Shown in pieces: positions 9,756-19,471 of a DNA stretch of 64,000 nucleotides. Every line of letters begins with the position of its first letter. The stretch's first letter is position 1. The DNA comes from an uncultured Planctomycetota bacterium. Its GTDB lineage: Bacteria; Planctomycetota; PLA2; JAEUHO01. The notes under the pieces were generated by a model that saw only the letters and a program-made list of their open reading frames with translations, did no database searches and was not told the DNA's origin. The DNA lies in NCBI GenBank assembly GCA_963772585.1, contig CAVYXV010000009.1, positions 91,760-155,759 of the forward strand. Direction: 5' to 3'. The position numbers and the translations under genes were made by a program.

Positions 9756-12491
9756 TCACCGCCCCTTTGCCGTTCGTCTCGGCGTCTGCTCGGCCTCTTC
9801 ACGCGCCGCGGCGAGGCGCTCCTCGCACGCGGCGACCTTCGCCGCGAGGCGATCGGGTGCGTCCGCCGCCCAGGCCGGCAACCGATCCGCCGCCGCGAGT
9901 GCCTCGTACGCGTCGCGGCTTGCGCCAAAGTGCTCCGCCGCCTCTTGCAGCAGCGCCGTCCCCTCCGGCGTGTCCTCCTGCCCGGCCGCCATCCACCGCG
10001 CTTGGCCGAGACCGTCGAGGGCCTCGGCCCATGCGAGCCCCACCGCGGGGTGGTCGGGGAGCGCCTCGTGGAGCCGCCGGGCCAGATCGTGTTCCCGCTC
10101 GTAGACATCGATCGCCTCGGCCTCCTCGCCGGCGCGGGCGAGGAGCCCGGCGAGCCGGTGCCAGGTGATGCGCAGGTCCAGGTTCGGATCGAGGTACTCG
10201 GACTGCTCCTTCGCGGCCTGCTCGGCCAGACGCGCGGCCTGCCGTTGCTCCGCGACGGCCTCCTTCACCCGACCGGCGGCCTCCAGGACCTCCGCCAGCT
10301 TCGCGTGGTCCACTTGCACGGCCTGCCGGGCAAGTCGGTCCTCCGGCTCCGCGGCCGCCGCGTGCTGGTCGTGCTCGAGGGCCGACCGGTAGTGCTCCAG
10401 CGCCTCCGCCGCCCGGTCTTGCTGCATCGAGAGGTCGCCGAGATGCGTCTGGACGAGCGCAAGCTTGCGGAGGGCTTCGCCCTGGTCCTTCGTCACCCGC
10501 GCGTAGGCCTGGAAGGTGGCGCGCGCCGTCGCCAGCGGCGCCTTCGCCCGGTCGGGACGACCTTCGAGGAGTTCCAACTCGCCGAGGAGGTCGGCGATGT
10601 GGCCGCGTGCGCGGAGGAGCCCGGGGTCGGCATCCTCGAATTCGGACGGCGCCTCGTCGAGGGCGGCCGAGAGGAGGGTGATCGCCCGCTCCTTCTCCTC
10701 GCGCGCGTCGAGCAGGCGCGCCCGGCGGAGCACGAGGTTCAAGGCGTTGTCCCGGATGACGGGATCGGAGGGCCATCGCCGCCGCAGCGCGTCGAGGATC
10801 CGCTGCGCCTCCTCGTAGCGGGCGAGCGCCGCGTCGAGGTCGCCCCGGTGCTGGGCGATCTCGCCGAGGCCGGACGCGGCGCTTGCGGCGGCGAGGCGGT
10901 CGTCCCGGTGCTGCGGGGCGCTCGCTTCGCCCCTCGCGTCGAGTCGCGAGAGGAGGTCGAACGCCTCGCCGTACGCCGCCGCCGCGGCGTCGGGGCGTCC
11001 GAGGTGAGACGCGCCGAGGTCGAAGTCCAACCGAGCCAGCCGCAGGTTCAACTGCGCCAGCGCGCGGAGGAGGTCGGGATCGTCGCCGGCGTCGGCCCTC
11101 AGCTCGCGGGCGCCTTCCTCGATCCGCTCGACCAGCGCGAGGCGGGCCGGGAGCGTGCCCTCCACGCCGGCCAGGGCCCCGTACGGCTCCGCCAGGAGGT
11201 CCCGCACCATCCGCTGGCTGGCGGCGAGGAGCCCCCGCGCCCGCGCCTCCTCCTCCCGGGCGCGCCGGCCCGCCGCCACGCTCCACCACGTGGCGGCGGC
11301 GAGGCCCAGCAGCAGGAGGGTCGCGGCGAGGACGGGGACGCGGTGTCGGCGGACGAAGAGCCGCAGCAGGTGGTGCCACGAGGGGGCCCTCGCGTTCACC
11401 GGGCGGGCGTCGAGGAAGGCGCGGACGTCGTCCGCGAAGGCGTCCACCGTTGGATACCGGCCTTCGGGGTCCTTCTCCAGCGCCTTGGCGAGGACCAGCA
11501 CGAGGTCCGCGGGCAGTCCCGGGACGTGGCGCGACGCGGGTGTGGCGGGCGTCTCCATCACGGCGCGCATGGAACGCAGGACGTCCAGGCCGCCGAGGTC
11601 CACGGGGGGGCGGCCGGTGAGCAGCTCGTAGGCGATCACCCCCAGGGCGTAGACGTCCACGCGCACGTCGTCCGCGGCCCCGCCCTCCAGGAGCTGCTCC
11701 GGCGCGACGTAGCCCAGCGTGCCGACCAGCGCGCCGGGGCGGGTCAGGGTCGTCCGCGCGCCGCCGTCCGTCATGCGCGCAATGCCGAAGTCGACGAGCT
11801 TCACGCGACCGTGCGCGTCCACGAGGACGTTGTCCGGCTTCAGGTCGCGGTGGATGACGCCCCGCCGGTGTCCCGCGGCGACCGCGTCGGCGGCCTGGAG
11901 GAGGAGGCCGAGCCGCGCCTCGCGGTCGAGGTGCGCCTCCGCGGCATGGACCGTGAGCGGACGCGCCCCCTCGACGAGCTCCATCACGAGGTAGGGGACC
12001 GCGTCGCCGTCCGCCGTCTCGTGGGCCCCTACGTCGTAGAGGGTGGCGATGCCCGGGTGCTGGAGCCGGGCGAGGACCAGGCCCTCCCGCCGGAACCGCC
12101 GGACGGCGTCCTCGCCGCCGGGTCCCCTACGCAGCATCTTCAGGGCGACGGTGCGTTCGGGATCGACCTGCTTCGCCTCGTAGACGACGCCCATGCCGCC
12201 GCGAGCGATCAGGCGCACGAGCTCGAACGGACCGACCCGCCGGCCGGCGACGGGCTCGGCCTCGCCGTGGGCCGCGGTGAACCACCCTTGCACCGTCCCT
12301 GCGCTGGGGGCGGGTAGCGCGGAGGCCGCCTCCTCGCTGGCGCGGACCAGGGTCCGCGCCTCGTCCCGGAGCGCCTCGTCGTCGGGAAGGAGCTCGAGGA
12401 GGCGTGCCTCCCGCTTGGAGGCGGGCAACGGGAGCAACACTTCCAGCACGCGCTCGAGGCGCTCCCACGTCCGGCGCACGTCCTGCGTCAC
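9756..12491 (-). CDS. Membrane Ser/Thr protein kinase with C-terminal TPR-like repeats
   Basis: RGGMGVVY, VALK, IHRDLKPDN and DFG motifs; one TM segment; helical repeats; GTGA overlap with the sigma factor stop. Confidence 0.92.
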   Translation of the reverse strand: MTQDVRRTWERLERVLEVLLPLPASKREARLLELLPDDEALRDEARTLVRASEEAASALPAPSAGTVQGWFTAAHGEAEPVAGRRVGPFELVRLIARGGMGVVYEAKQVDPERTVALKMLRRGPGGEDAVRRFRREGLVLARLQHPGIATLYDVGAHETADGDAVPYLVMELVEGARPLTVHAAEAHLDREARLGLLLQAADAVAAGHRRGVIHRDLKPDNVLVDAHGRVKLVDFGIARMTDGGARTTLTRPGALVGTLGYVAPEQLLEGGAADDVRVDVYALGVIAYELLTGRPPVDLGGLDVLRSMRAVMETPATPASRHVPGLPADLVLVLAKALEKDPEGRYPTVDAFADDVRAFLDARPVNARAPSWHHLLRLFVRRHRVPVLAATLLLLGLAAATWWSVAAGRRAREEEARARGLLAASQRMVRDLLAEPYGALAGVEGTLPARLALVERIEEGARELRADAGDDPDLLRALAQLNLRLARLDFDLGASHLGRPDAAAAAYGEAFDLLSRLDARGEASAPQHRDDRLAAASAASGLGEIAQHRGDLDAALARYEEAQRILDALRRRWPSDPVIRDNALNLVLRRARLLDAREEKERAITLLSAALDEAPSEFEDADPGLLRARGHIADLLGELELLEGRPDRAKAPLATARATFQAYARVTKDQGEALRKLALVQTHLGDLSMQQDRAAEALEHYRSALEHDQHAAAAEPEDRLARQAVQVDHAKLAEVLEAAGRVKEAVAEQRQAARLAEQAAKEQSEYLDPNLDLRITWHRLAGLLARAGEEAEAIDVYEREHDLARRLHEALPDHPAVGLAWAEALDGLGQARWMAAGQEDTPEGTALLQEAAEHFGASRDAYEALAAADRLPAWAADAPDRLAAKVAACEERLAAAREEAEQTPRRTAKGR

Positions 12492-13060
12492 GCCGTCTCC
12501 CCGCCCAGCGCCCGGTGCAACCATCCGCGCGCGAGCGCCCAGGTGCGCTCGACGCTGCGCTCGGAGATGCCGAGGCTCGCGGCGATGCGCTCGTGGGTCA
12601 GTCCGGCGAAGTACTTGAGCTCCACGACACGCGCCGCCCTCGGATGCACGCGGGCCAACTCGTCGAGCGCCTCGTCCAGCGCCAGGAGGTCGAGCCGCCG
12701 CTCCTCGAACCAGGCCACCGCCTCGTCGAACGGATCCCGCCGGGCGCCCCCGCCCCGCTTGGCGGCGCGCCGCCGGCGAGCGTGGTCCACGAGGATCGAG
12801 CGCATGGCCTGCGCGGCGACGGCCAGGAAGTGGCCGCGGCTCTCCCAGGGGTCCGCGCGGCCGACGAGGCGCAGGAAGGCCTCGTGCACCAGCGCGGTCG
12901 GCTGGAGGGTGTGGCGGGGGGCGCGGGCGCCCATGCGGCGCGCGGCGATGACCCTCAACTCGTCGTAGAGCAACTCCAGGGCGGCCCGCATGGCCTCCGC
13001 GTCGCCGGCGCGCGCTCGTTCCAGCAGTCTCGTCACGTCGGGGCTCGCCGGGGCGCTCAT
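12488..13060 (-). CDS. ECF sigma factor, TIGR02999 (kinase-associated) family
   Basis: DVTRLL, LYDELR, HTLQPTALVHEAFLRL, RRRAAKRGG, VVELKYFAGLT and W.LARGWL motifs. Confidence 0.92.
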   Translation of the reverse strand: MSAPASPDVTRLLERARAGDAEAMRAALELLYDELRVIAARRMGARAPRHTLQPTALVHEAFLRLVGRADPWESRGHFLAVAAQAMRSILVDHARRRRAAKRGGGARRDPFDEAVAWFEERRLDLLALDEALDELARVHPRAARVVELKYFAGLTHERIAASLGISERSVERTWALARGWLHRALGGETA

Positions 13061-13113
13061 CGCGGGCCGCATCATGCCGCGACCCGCGGCGGGGCGCCAC
13101 CTCTCTCGAGTGC

Positions 13114-15555
13114 TCAGTGGTCGTAGGTCACGGTGACCTTGCACTCGAATCCGTCGAAGCGGGAGTGGTAGTAGGCGAGCCCGTCGGCCTCGCCGTGGGC
13201 CGGTCCCTGTCCGCCGGAGAGGAACCAGAAGGCATCGGGGTACTCCCCTTCCTCGATGAGTCCGACGGGCTCCGAGGTCTCGAGGGCGCCGTCGCCGAGA
13301 TCGATCTCGCTTCCCCAGTAGTAGGGATCGTCGCCTCCGGTCGCGTGGAGCGTGTAGCTCTTCGCTCCGGGCTCGAAGGTGATTCGCACGATGACGGCGA
13401 TGGCCACGCGCGCGTTGCCGGACTCGTCGCTGAACTCCTTGGTGTGGAAGATCAGGTCGCCGAAGATGATGCTCTTCTTCTCCTCGACGTGGACGGTGGC
13501 CGTGGCCTCGCCCAGCGGCATCTGGGTGCCGTCCTCGCTCGTGAGCACCTGGACGCGGATCGTCTCGTCTGCGGGCGTGTCCACGTCGGGGTCGGCGCGA
13601 TAGGTGCACGTCCGCTCCGTGGTGAAGCCTCCGTTGGGCACACCCTCGAGGTGGCCGTGCACCTCGTCCGAGGACCAGACGAAGTAGAGCGGACTCGGCC
13701 ACGTGGAGGGGTCGCCGGGGAAGCGGACCTCGAACGCATCGGACGCCTCCCCCGGGTGGACCGAGACTTCGTCGGGGAGGAGTTCGGGCTGGAACTCGAC
13801 CACTTCCACCGTGGCCTGTGCGCGACCGACGACGACGCGGTCCGGGGCCTCGCCGTAGCTCACCTCCACCAGGACGTCGTCGGTCCCGGTCTTGCCGGCA
13901 TCCGCCGTGTAGAGCGCGAAGGGCGTGGTGCCTTCGACCGTGTCGTCCATCCCGCTGCTGGTCTCGCCGTCCGTGCTGAGGTGTCCGGCGTTGCCCTCGA
14001 TCGTCCAGGCGTAGTGATAGAACTGCCCCGGTGGCGGCGGTTCCTGGACCGAGACCTCGAGCGTGACCTCGGGAGCGGGCGTTCCCTCCACCCGTTGCGT
14101 GTAGCGCGGGGAGACGTTGACGTTCGGGCTCGTCACCTCCACGGTCCACTCGTCGGCCATGTCGGACGCCGCCCACGAGGCGATCTGGGCGAGGCTGTCC
14201 ACGGACGTTCCCGCCGCGTCGGCGATCTGCGTGACGCTCAGGAGCGCGTCGGCCGTCACCTGGAAGCCTGCCTTCGCGCCGTGCGCCCGGAGGTAGTCCT
14301 CGAAGGCCTTGTAGAGGGCGTCCTTGATCTTCGTGTTCTCCAGGACGAGCTTCACGGTGTCGAGGAGCAGGCCGCGGATGTCGCCCGCGTCGATCTTGGC
14401 CCTCAGGTCGAGCTCGCCCACGATCACGCTCGCGCCCGTGAGGACGGTGGCGACGACGTCGGGGTCGCCGATCGCGGACTGCACCCAACTCTTCCCGAAG
14501 GGGAGGATCGTGTTCGCGATCAGGGGGAGCGCGAAGTCCAGGAGCACGGACCGGGCGTAGAGGCGCGCGAGCTCGTCCTTCTGCTCGAACGTCAGGTCCG
14601 AGTAGGCCTCCCCGAAGGAGAAGCCGGGGCCGACGGCGACGACCTGGTACTCCGTCGCCGTGGCGTCGGAGGGGTCGAACGGCACCTCGAGATGCTTCGT
14701 GGTGGGGGTGTACAAGCCCGATCCCGAGAGGAAGGCCAGGACGGTCCCGACGAGCGAGCTGAAGCCCGTCGTGGGCTCGAGCGAGTAGTGCGTCCAGTGG
14801 CCGTCCACGTCCACGAAGCCCTGTCCACTCGCCGGGACGTAGCCGGTGGTCCTGAGGTATGCCGTCGCGCGACGGCGCAGGAAGTTGGTGATCTCGATCT
14901 CCTCCGGGACGGGGCTTTGGACGCGCAGGCCGCTCACCGAGTCCTGAGGTCCCGGGTCCACGGTCGTCGCCTGCGTCTGGACGCGTTCGATGACGGCCCG
15001 GGCGGCGTCTTCGAGCGCCGCGCCGTAGGCGTTCCTTGCCGCCTCGAGGTTCGCCGCGCCGCCGGCGTAGGCGTCTCCAATCGCCTGGACGAGCTCGTCC
15101 AGGAGGGGCTCGTCGGCGAGGGCGTCCGGCGCCCCGACGTCCTGGTCGGGCGGCAGGGCGAACGCCGCGGTCGCGAGGTAGAGCAGCGCCACCGCGGTCG
15201 TCCGTGGCGTGAGGGTGTCCGTGTGGGGGCCCAGGAAGCCCAGGAGGACAACCTTGCCGTCGGGATCCAGCGCCGCCGTCAGCAACGGCGCCCCTTCCCA
15301 GATCGTGCAGGCACCGTCGCCCGAGGCGTGCACGCGTACCGTCCCGAGGGCGTTGGCGAGCCGGAGATCCCCCGGGGCCCACGGGGAGCCCGCGGGAAGG
15401 TCCACGTGCGCGGACTGCTGGACCTCGGTGAAGGAGACGTCCGACTTCGGCGACGGGGGCGGGGTGAAGGCGGTCGAGGCGCCGCCGCCGCACGCGCCGA
15501 GGGCGAGCAGGCAGGCCGCAGGGACGAGGAGCAGGAAGGCATGGGGGCGGGTCAT
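13114..15555 (-). CDS. Large acidic lipoprotein with probable Ig-like C-terminal domains, function unknown
   Basis: Lipobox LGAC-GGG; GGAGG RBS; beta-strand-rich C-terminal half; codon usage typical of the window. Confidence 0.75.
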   Translation of the reverse strand: MTRPHAFLLLVPAACLLALGACGGGASTAFTPPPSPKSDVSFTEVQQSAHVDLPAGSPWAPGDLRLANALGTVRVHASGDGACTIWEGAPLLTAALDPDGKVVLLGFLGPHTDTLTPRTTAVALLYLATAAFALPPDQDVGAPDALADEPLLDELVQAIGDAYAGGAANLEAARNAYGAALEDAARAVIERVQTQATTVDPGPQDSVSGLRVQSPVPEEIEITNFLRRRATAYLRTTGYVPASGQGFVDVDGHWTHYSLEPTTGFSSLVGTVLAFLSGSGLYTPTTKHLEVPFDPSDATATEYQVVAVGPGFSFGEAYSDLTFEQKDELARLYARSVLLDFALPLIANTILPFGKSWVQSAIGDPDVVATVLTGASVIVGELDLRAKIDAGDIRGLLLDTVKLVLENTKIKDALYKAFEDYLRAHGAKAGFQVTADALLSVTQIADAAGTSVDSLAQIASWAASDMADEWTVEVTSPNVNVSPRYTQRVEGTPAPEVTLEVSVQEPPPPGQFYHYAWTIEGNAGHLSTDGETSSGMDDTVEGTTPFALYTADAGKTGTDDVLVEVSYGEAPDRVVVGRAQATVEVVEFQPELLPDEVSVHPGEASDAFEVRFPGDPSTWPSPLYFVWSSDEVHGHLEGVPNGGFTTERTCTYRADPDVDTPADETIRVQVLTSEDGTQMPLGEATATVHVEEKKSIIFGDLIFHTKEFSDESGNARVAIAVIVRITFEPGAKSYTLHATGGDDPYYWGSEIDLGDGALETSEPVGLIEEGEYPDAFWFLSGGQGPAHGEADGLAYYHSRFDGFECKVTVTYDH

Positions 15556-15641
15556 CACAGGTCCTCCACCCCCCTCCACGCACTCGGCCGCCGGAAGCCG
15601 ACAGGATTCCCGCCGGGTTCGCGGACCCTGCCCGCGGGGGG

Positions 15642-16388
15642 CTACGTCCCCGCGATCACCGAGAAGAGAGCGGCGTGCGGGTCGGGGTTGAGCGCGCACC
15701 GTCCGACCTCGGGAGTGTCGGTCGGAGGGATCGTGTCCACCCCCCCGAGTTCCACGCCCCGGGCCGTCGCGGCATCCGCGTCATCCACCCCGACGTACGG
15801 CATCCCGTGCGGCGGGTGGGGGGCGTCGTCGGGAAGGACCGGCATGCCGCCGAGGCTCCTCTCGCCCCGCCGGATCAGGGTGTCGCTCGCACCGAACGGC
15901 TGCTACTCCCCGCCCAGCACCGCCCGGAAGAACGCCTTTTCTGCTTCGACGTCCTTGCCGTTCCTGCTCGTCCCAGCCGAACCGTCCCGCACCTGCGGAC
16001 CCCACCTCGTTCCCGGGTTCGGGATGCGCGGAGGGGAACGCCGCGAGCGGCGCGCCCTCCGGGTCGCCGAGCAGGCCGAATTGGCCGACGTTCTCCATGT
16101 CGCCGGCGGGCCGGATCACCGTGCCGCCGTGCTCCCCGGCCATCGCGAGCGTCCGGTCCACGTCGTCGACCGAGACGTAGCCGAGCCGGAACGGCCGAAG
16201 GTCGGGAACCGGCGGTAGGTCCATGATCCCGCCGAGCGAACGAGTACCGGGGCGGATCATCCGGTAGGGACCAAGGGACGAGTGCGACTCGTACGTCCAC
16301 CCTCGGAGCCCCCGCAGATCCTTGCGGCCGCCGCCGGATCCGCGGTCGTCAGGTCGTGCCAGACGAACGTCTTCGACGTCTCGCGCAT
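15642..16388 (-). pseudogene. Frameshifted two-domain VOC (glyoxalase/bleomycin resistance) family gene
   Basis: FVWHDLTTADPAAA, GYVSVDDVD...GGTVIRPAGDMENVGQF..LGDPEGA and PYVGVDDAD lie in different frames; strong AGGAGG RBS. Confidence 0.8.
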
Positions 16389-16512
16389 GCGCCTCCTCCT
16401 TCGGGGGGCGGATCCCATCCCCGTCGGCACCGAGGGAGCCCTCGGAGCGGCCGCGGCCCGGTTCCGGAACGCGGGCTGGCCGCGCGCATCCGGTCGCCGT
16501 AGCCTGCTCGGG

Positions 16513-17145
16513 ATGTCGACGCCGGCCGGCCCGAACCGCGTGCACGTGCTCCTCCTCGCGACGGGCATCGCGGCGCTCGTCGTCTCGGGCTGGTCGCCCA
16601 CGAACCGCTTCAACTGGATCTCCGAGACGTTTCCCGCCATCGTCGGCGGGGCGGTCCTCGTGCTCACCTACCGCCGCTTCCGGTTCAGCACGATCACCTA
16701 CGTTCTCGTGTGGATCTTCTCGCTGATCCTCCTGGCCGGCGGGCACTGGACCTACGCCCGCGTGCCCTTGGGCGAGTGGGCCCGCGGCGTCTTCCACCTG
16801 TCCCGCAACCACTTCGATCGCCTCGGCCACTTCTTCCAGGGCGTCGTCCCGGCGCTGCTGGCCCGCGAGTTGCTCGTGCGCACGACACCGCTCCGATCGC
16901 GACGCTGGATCTTCTTCCTCTGCGTGTCGGTCGCCCTCGCCATCAGCGCCGCGTACGAGCTGTTCGAGTGGTGGTACGCGATCTCCTTCGGCGGCCAACA
17001 CGCGACGGACTTCCTCGGCAGCCAGGGCGACGTCTGGGACGCCCAGCAGGACATGGCGATGGCGTTGCTGGGCGCCGTCGTGAGCCTCCTCGTCTTCGCC
17101 CGCTTCCAGCAGCAACCGACCGAGGCGGGGGAGGACGGCGGCTGA
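16513..17145 (+). CDS. DUF2238/YjdF family inner membrane protein
   Basis: GGHWTYARVPLG, RNHFDRLGHFFQG, SAAYELFEWW and FLGSQGDVWDAQQDM motifs. Confidence 0.9.
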   Translation: MSTPAGPNRVHVLLLATGIAALVVSGWSPTNRFNWISETFPAIVGGAVLVLTYRRFRFSTITYVLVWIFSLILLAGGHWTYARVPLGEWARGVFHLSRNHFDRLGHFFQGVVPALLARELLVRTTPLRSRRWIFFLCVSVALAISAAYELFEWWYAISFGGQHATDFLGSQGDVWDAQQDMAMALLGAVVSLLVFARFQQQPTEAGEDGG

Positions 17146-17280
17146 GAACGAAAAGGGCCCCCGCCGGTCGGGCGACGCCCGGTTCGGGTATCATCCTCCC
17201 GCCCCCCCGGCCGCCTCTTGGCGTAGACGGGTCCCGCGGACGGGACTTCGGCGTCTCGAGCCTTCCCCCGCGGAGACCGC

Positions 17281-18264
17281 ATGGACAGCGACCGCCTCGC
17301 GATGATGGTCGAGCTCGAACCCGTCGTCGAGCAGTTGCTCCCGCAGGTTCGCCCCGTCGAGGACTGCTGGCAACCGGCGGATCTCCTCCCGGACCTCCAG
17401 TCCGAGGGATGGCGTGACGACGTCCAGGCGCTCCGCGACGACGCGGCGGGCCTCTCCGACGCGATGCTGGTCGTGCTCGTCGGCAACATCGTCACCGAAG
17501 AGGCGCTGCCGTCGTACCAGACGGCCCTGAATCGCTTCGGAGGTCTGACGGATGCGACCGGCAAGGACGAGCACGCATGGGCTCGCTGGAGTCGCGCGTG
17601 GACGGCCGAGGAGAAGCGGCACGGCGACGTGACGCGGGCCTACCTCTACCTCTCCGGCCGTGTCGACATGAAGGCGGTCGAGAAGACGATCCAGTACCTG
17701 CTGCGCGGCGGCTTCGACTCGGGCGCCGGAGGCGATCCCTACCGGGGGCTCGCCTACGTCTCCTTCCAGGAGCACGCCACCAAGACCGCATGGTCCCAGC
17801 TCGGCAAGATCGTCGGCAACGCCGGCGCCCCGCATCTCCACAAGGTGTGCGGCATGGTCGCTGCCGATGAAGCCCGCCACGAACGCGTCTACGCCACGCT
17901 GATGCGCGAGATCGTCGCCCGCGACCCCGTGGGGGCGCTCGAGGCCCTGGCGGACACGCTCGCCCACGCCGTCGTGATGCCGGCCCGAGAGATGACGGAC
18001 GGCCGGGATCGGCGCCTCTTCGCCCACTTCGCCGACGTGGGGCAGCGGATCGGGGTCTACACCCTCGCCGACTACGCGGCGAACCTCGCGCAGCTCATCG
18101 CGTCCCTGGGGCTGGAGGACCTGACGGACCTCCCCGGGGAGGCCGGCCGCGCGCGCGACGCGCTCTGCGCTCTACCGGCCCGCTACGCGAAGGTGGGGGA
18201 GACTCGCGCGCGAAACCACCCCCGGCCCGTGCCCTTCCAGTGGATCCACGGCCGGCGCGCCTGA
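17281..18264 (+). CDS. Acyl-ACP desaturase (ferritin-like di-iron, DesA type)
   Basis: WQPADLLP, TEEALPSY, WTAEEKRHG, SFQEHAT and DEARHE iron-ligand motifs. Confidence 0.92.
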   Translation: MDSDRLAMMVELEPVVEQLLPQVRPVEDCWQPADLLPDLQSEGWRDDVQALRDDAAGLSDAMLVVLVGNIVTEEALPSYQTALNRFGGLTDATGKDEHAWARWSRAWTAEEKRHGDVTRAYLYLSGRVDMKAVEKTIQYLLRGGFDSGAGGDPYRGLAYVSFQEHATKTAWSQLGKIVGNAGAPHLHKVCGMVAADEARHERVYATLMREIVARDPVGALEALADTLAHAVVMPAREMTDGRDRRLFAHFADVGQRIGVYTLADYAANLAQLIASLGLEDLTDLPGEAGRARDALCALPARYAKVGETRARNHPRPVPFQWIHGRRA

Positions 18265-18286
18265 ATCCGACGGCCTCTCCCGTTCG

Positions 18287-19399
18287 CTACGCCCCCGCCG
18301 CCGTATGGAGGTAGCCCTGCGCCTCGAAGTGGGCGAGCGCCTCCTCCACGGAGCCGAAGACCTTCGTCGCCGTCTCGGTGACGAAGGGACTGGGGTGCCG
18401 GCTGGGCTTCCACACCACGTAGACCTCCTTGCCGTGCTCGAAGGCGTGGTGGAGCTCGCGCTCGACGCCGCTGGAGAGGCCGGGGAGGCCCCCGGGAAGC
18501 TCCGGGATGTAGGAGCAGATCATGTCCGACTGGTCCACGAGCATGAAGTCGCGGGCGTAGATCTGCCCGTCGATGTCGCGGGCGCAGTCGAGCACCTGCT
18601 TCACGGAGACCGGGAAGCGCTCGACCTGGCCGTCCTCCCGGACCAAGGTGCCGTCGATGAAGTCCACCCCCTCCTTGACGGCGGCGAGGGCCCTCTCCAG
18701 GAGGAGCTTCTCGTCCACGTCCCCGGGGTCGAACGCGATGAAGTGCTTCGCCAGGGCCCGCCGGAAGGCGTCGATCTCGGCGAGCACGTCGGGCATGTCC
18801 GCGACGTGGCTCATGGGGAAGGACGGGTAGACCTTGCGGGTATCCGGCCGGGTCACCAGGCGCCGGCAGGTCTCCGCGGTTGCGTGCTCCCGGCCGCGAG
18901 AGATCACGTAGAACGCGTTCCCGCAGCCCACCGCGCGGGCGAGGAGCTCCGTCGCCATGATCTCCTCCTCGCGCCAGACCATCGAGTCCTTGAGCGTCGC
19001 GTCGATGTTGTGCTCCGTGACCAGTCGCTGGTGGACGCACTCGGCGTTGTCCACGAGGCAGACGAAGAGGTCGGGCTGGAGCATCTCGATCTGGTCGAAG
19101 TCGTAGGCCCGGAAGAGCCCGTGCCGCCACCGGAAGGTGGCGTGGGTGTTCACGATGATGTGCGGCCGGTCCCGGGACTCCGCGATGATGTCCTTGAACA
19201 CGCTGCGCCGGAGCGCGTGGAGGCGGCTCAGGGGCAGGTCGAGGATCCGGCCGGGTGCGAGGTCGGGCGCCTCGGCGTACATCCGGTCGCCCACGTGGAA
19301 GAGCTCGATTCGCCCGCCGGCCTCCGCCTCGAGGCGGGCCACCGCCTCCAGGTAGCTCTGTTTGTGGATGCCGACCTGGCCGGTCATGATGACGCGCAT
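18287..19399 (-). CDS. Fusion of an archaeal adenylate-kinase-like P-loop domain and a nucleoside 2-deoxyribosyltransferase/N-glycosidase-like domain
   Basis: N-terminal VIMTGQVGIHKQS and IIVNTHATF; C-terminal KVYPSFPMS, IYARDFMLVDQSD and SSGVERELHHAFEHGKEVYVV. Confidence 0.7.
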   Translation of the reverse strand: MRVIMTGQVGIHKQSYLEAVARLEAEAGGRIELFHVGDRMYAEAPDLAPGRILDLPLSRLHALRRSVFKDIIAESRDRPHIIVNTHATFRWRHGLFRAYDFDQIEMLQPDLFVCLVDNAECVHQRLVTEHNIDATLKDSMVWREEEIMATELLARAVGCGNAFYVISRGREHATAETCRRLVTRPDTRKVYPSFPMSHVADMPDVLAEIDAFRRALAKHFIAFDPGDVDEKLLLERALAAVKEGVDFIDGTLVREDGQVERFPVSVKQVLDCARDIDGQIYARDFMLVDQSDMICSYIPELPGGLPGLSSGVERELHHAFEHGKEVYVVWKPSRHPSPFVTETATKVFGSVEEALAHFEAQGYLHTAAGA

Positions 19400-19471
19400 G
19401 TCGTTCTCCCGGCGGCTCCCTGTATGACGAGGGGGGCCGCCTGGCAAACTCCGCGCGAAGCCCCCTCCCGG

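Noticed and set aside
12488-15583. 1031-aa ORF ending in the sigma factor, and the 1114-aa version of the kinase
   Set aside because: The upstream extensions overlap real genes in other frames; true starts are near 13060 and 12491
15642-16388. Programmed frameshifting in the VOC gene
   Set aside because: It would need several shifts and conserved residues are also degraded; decay is the simpler explanation
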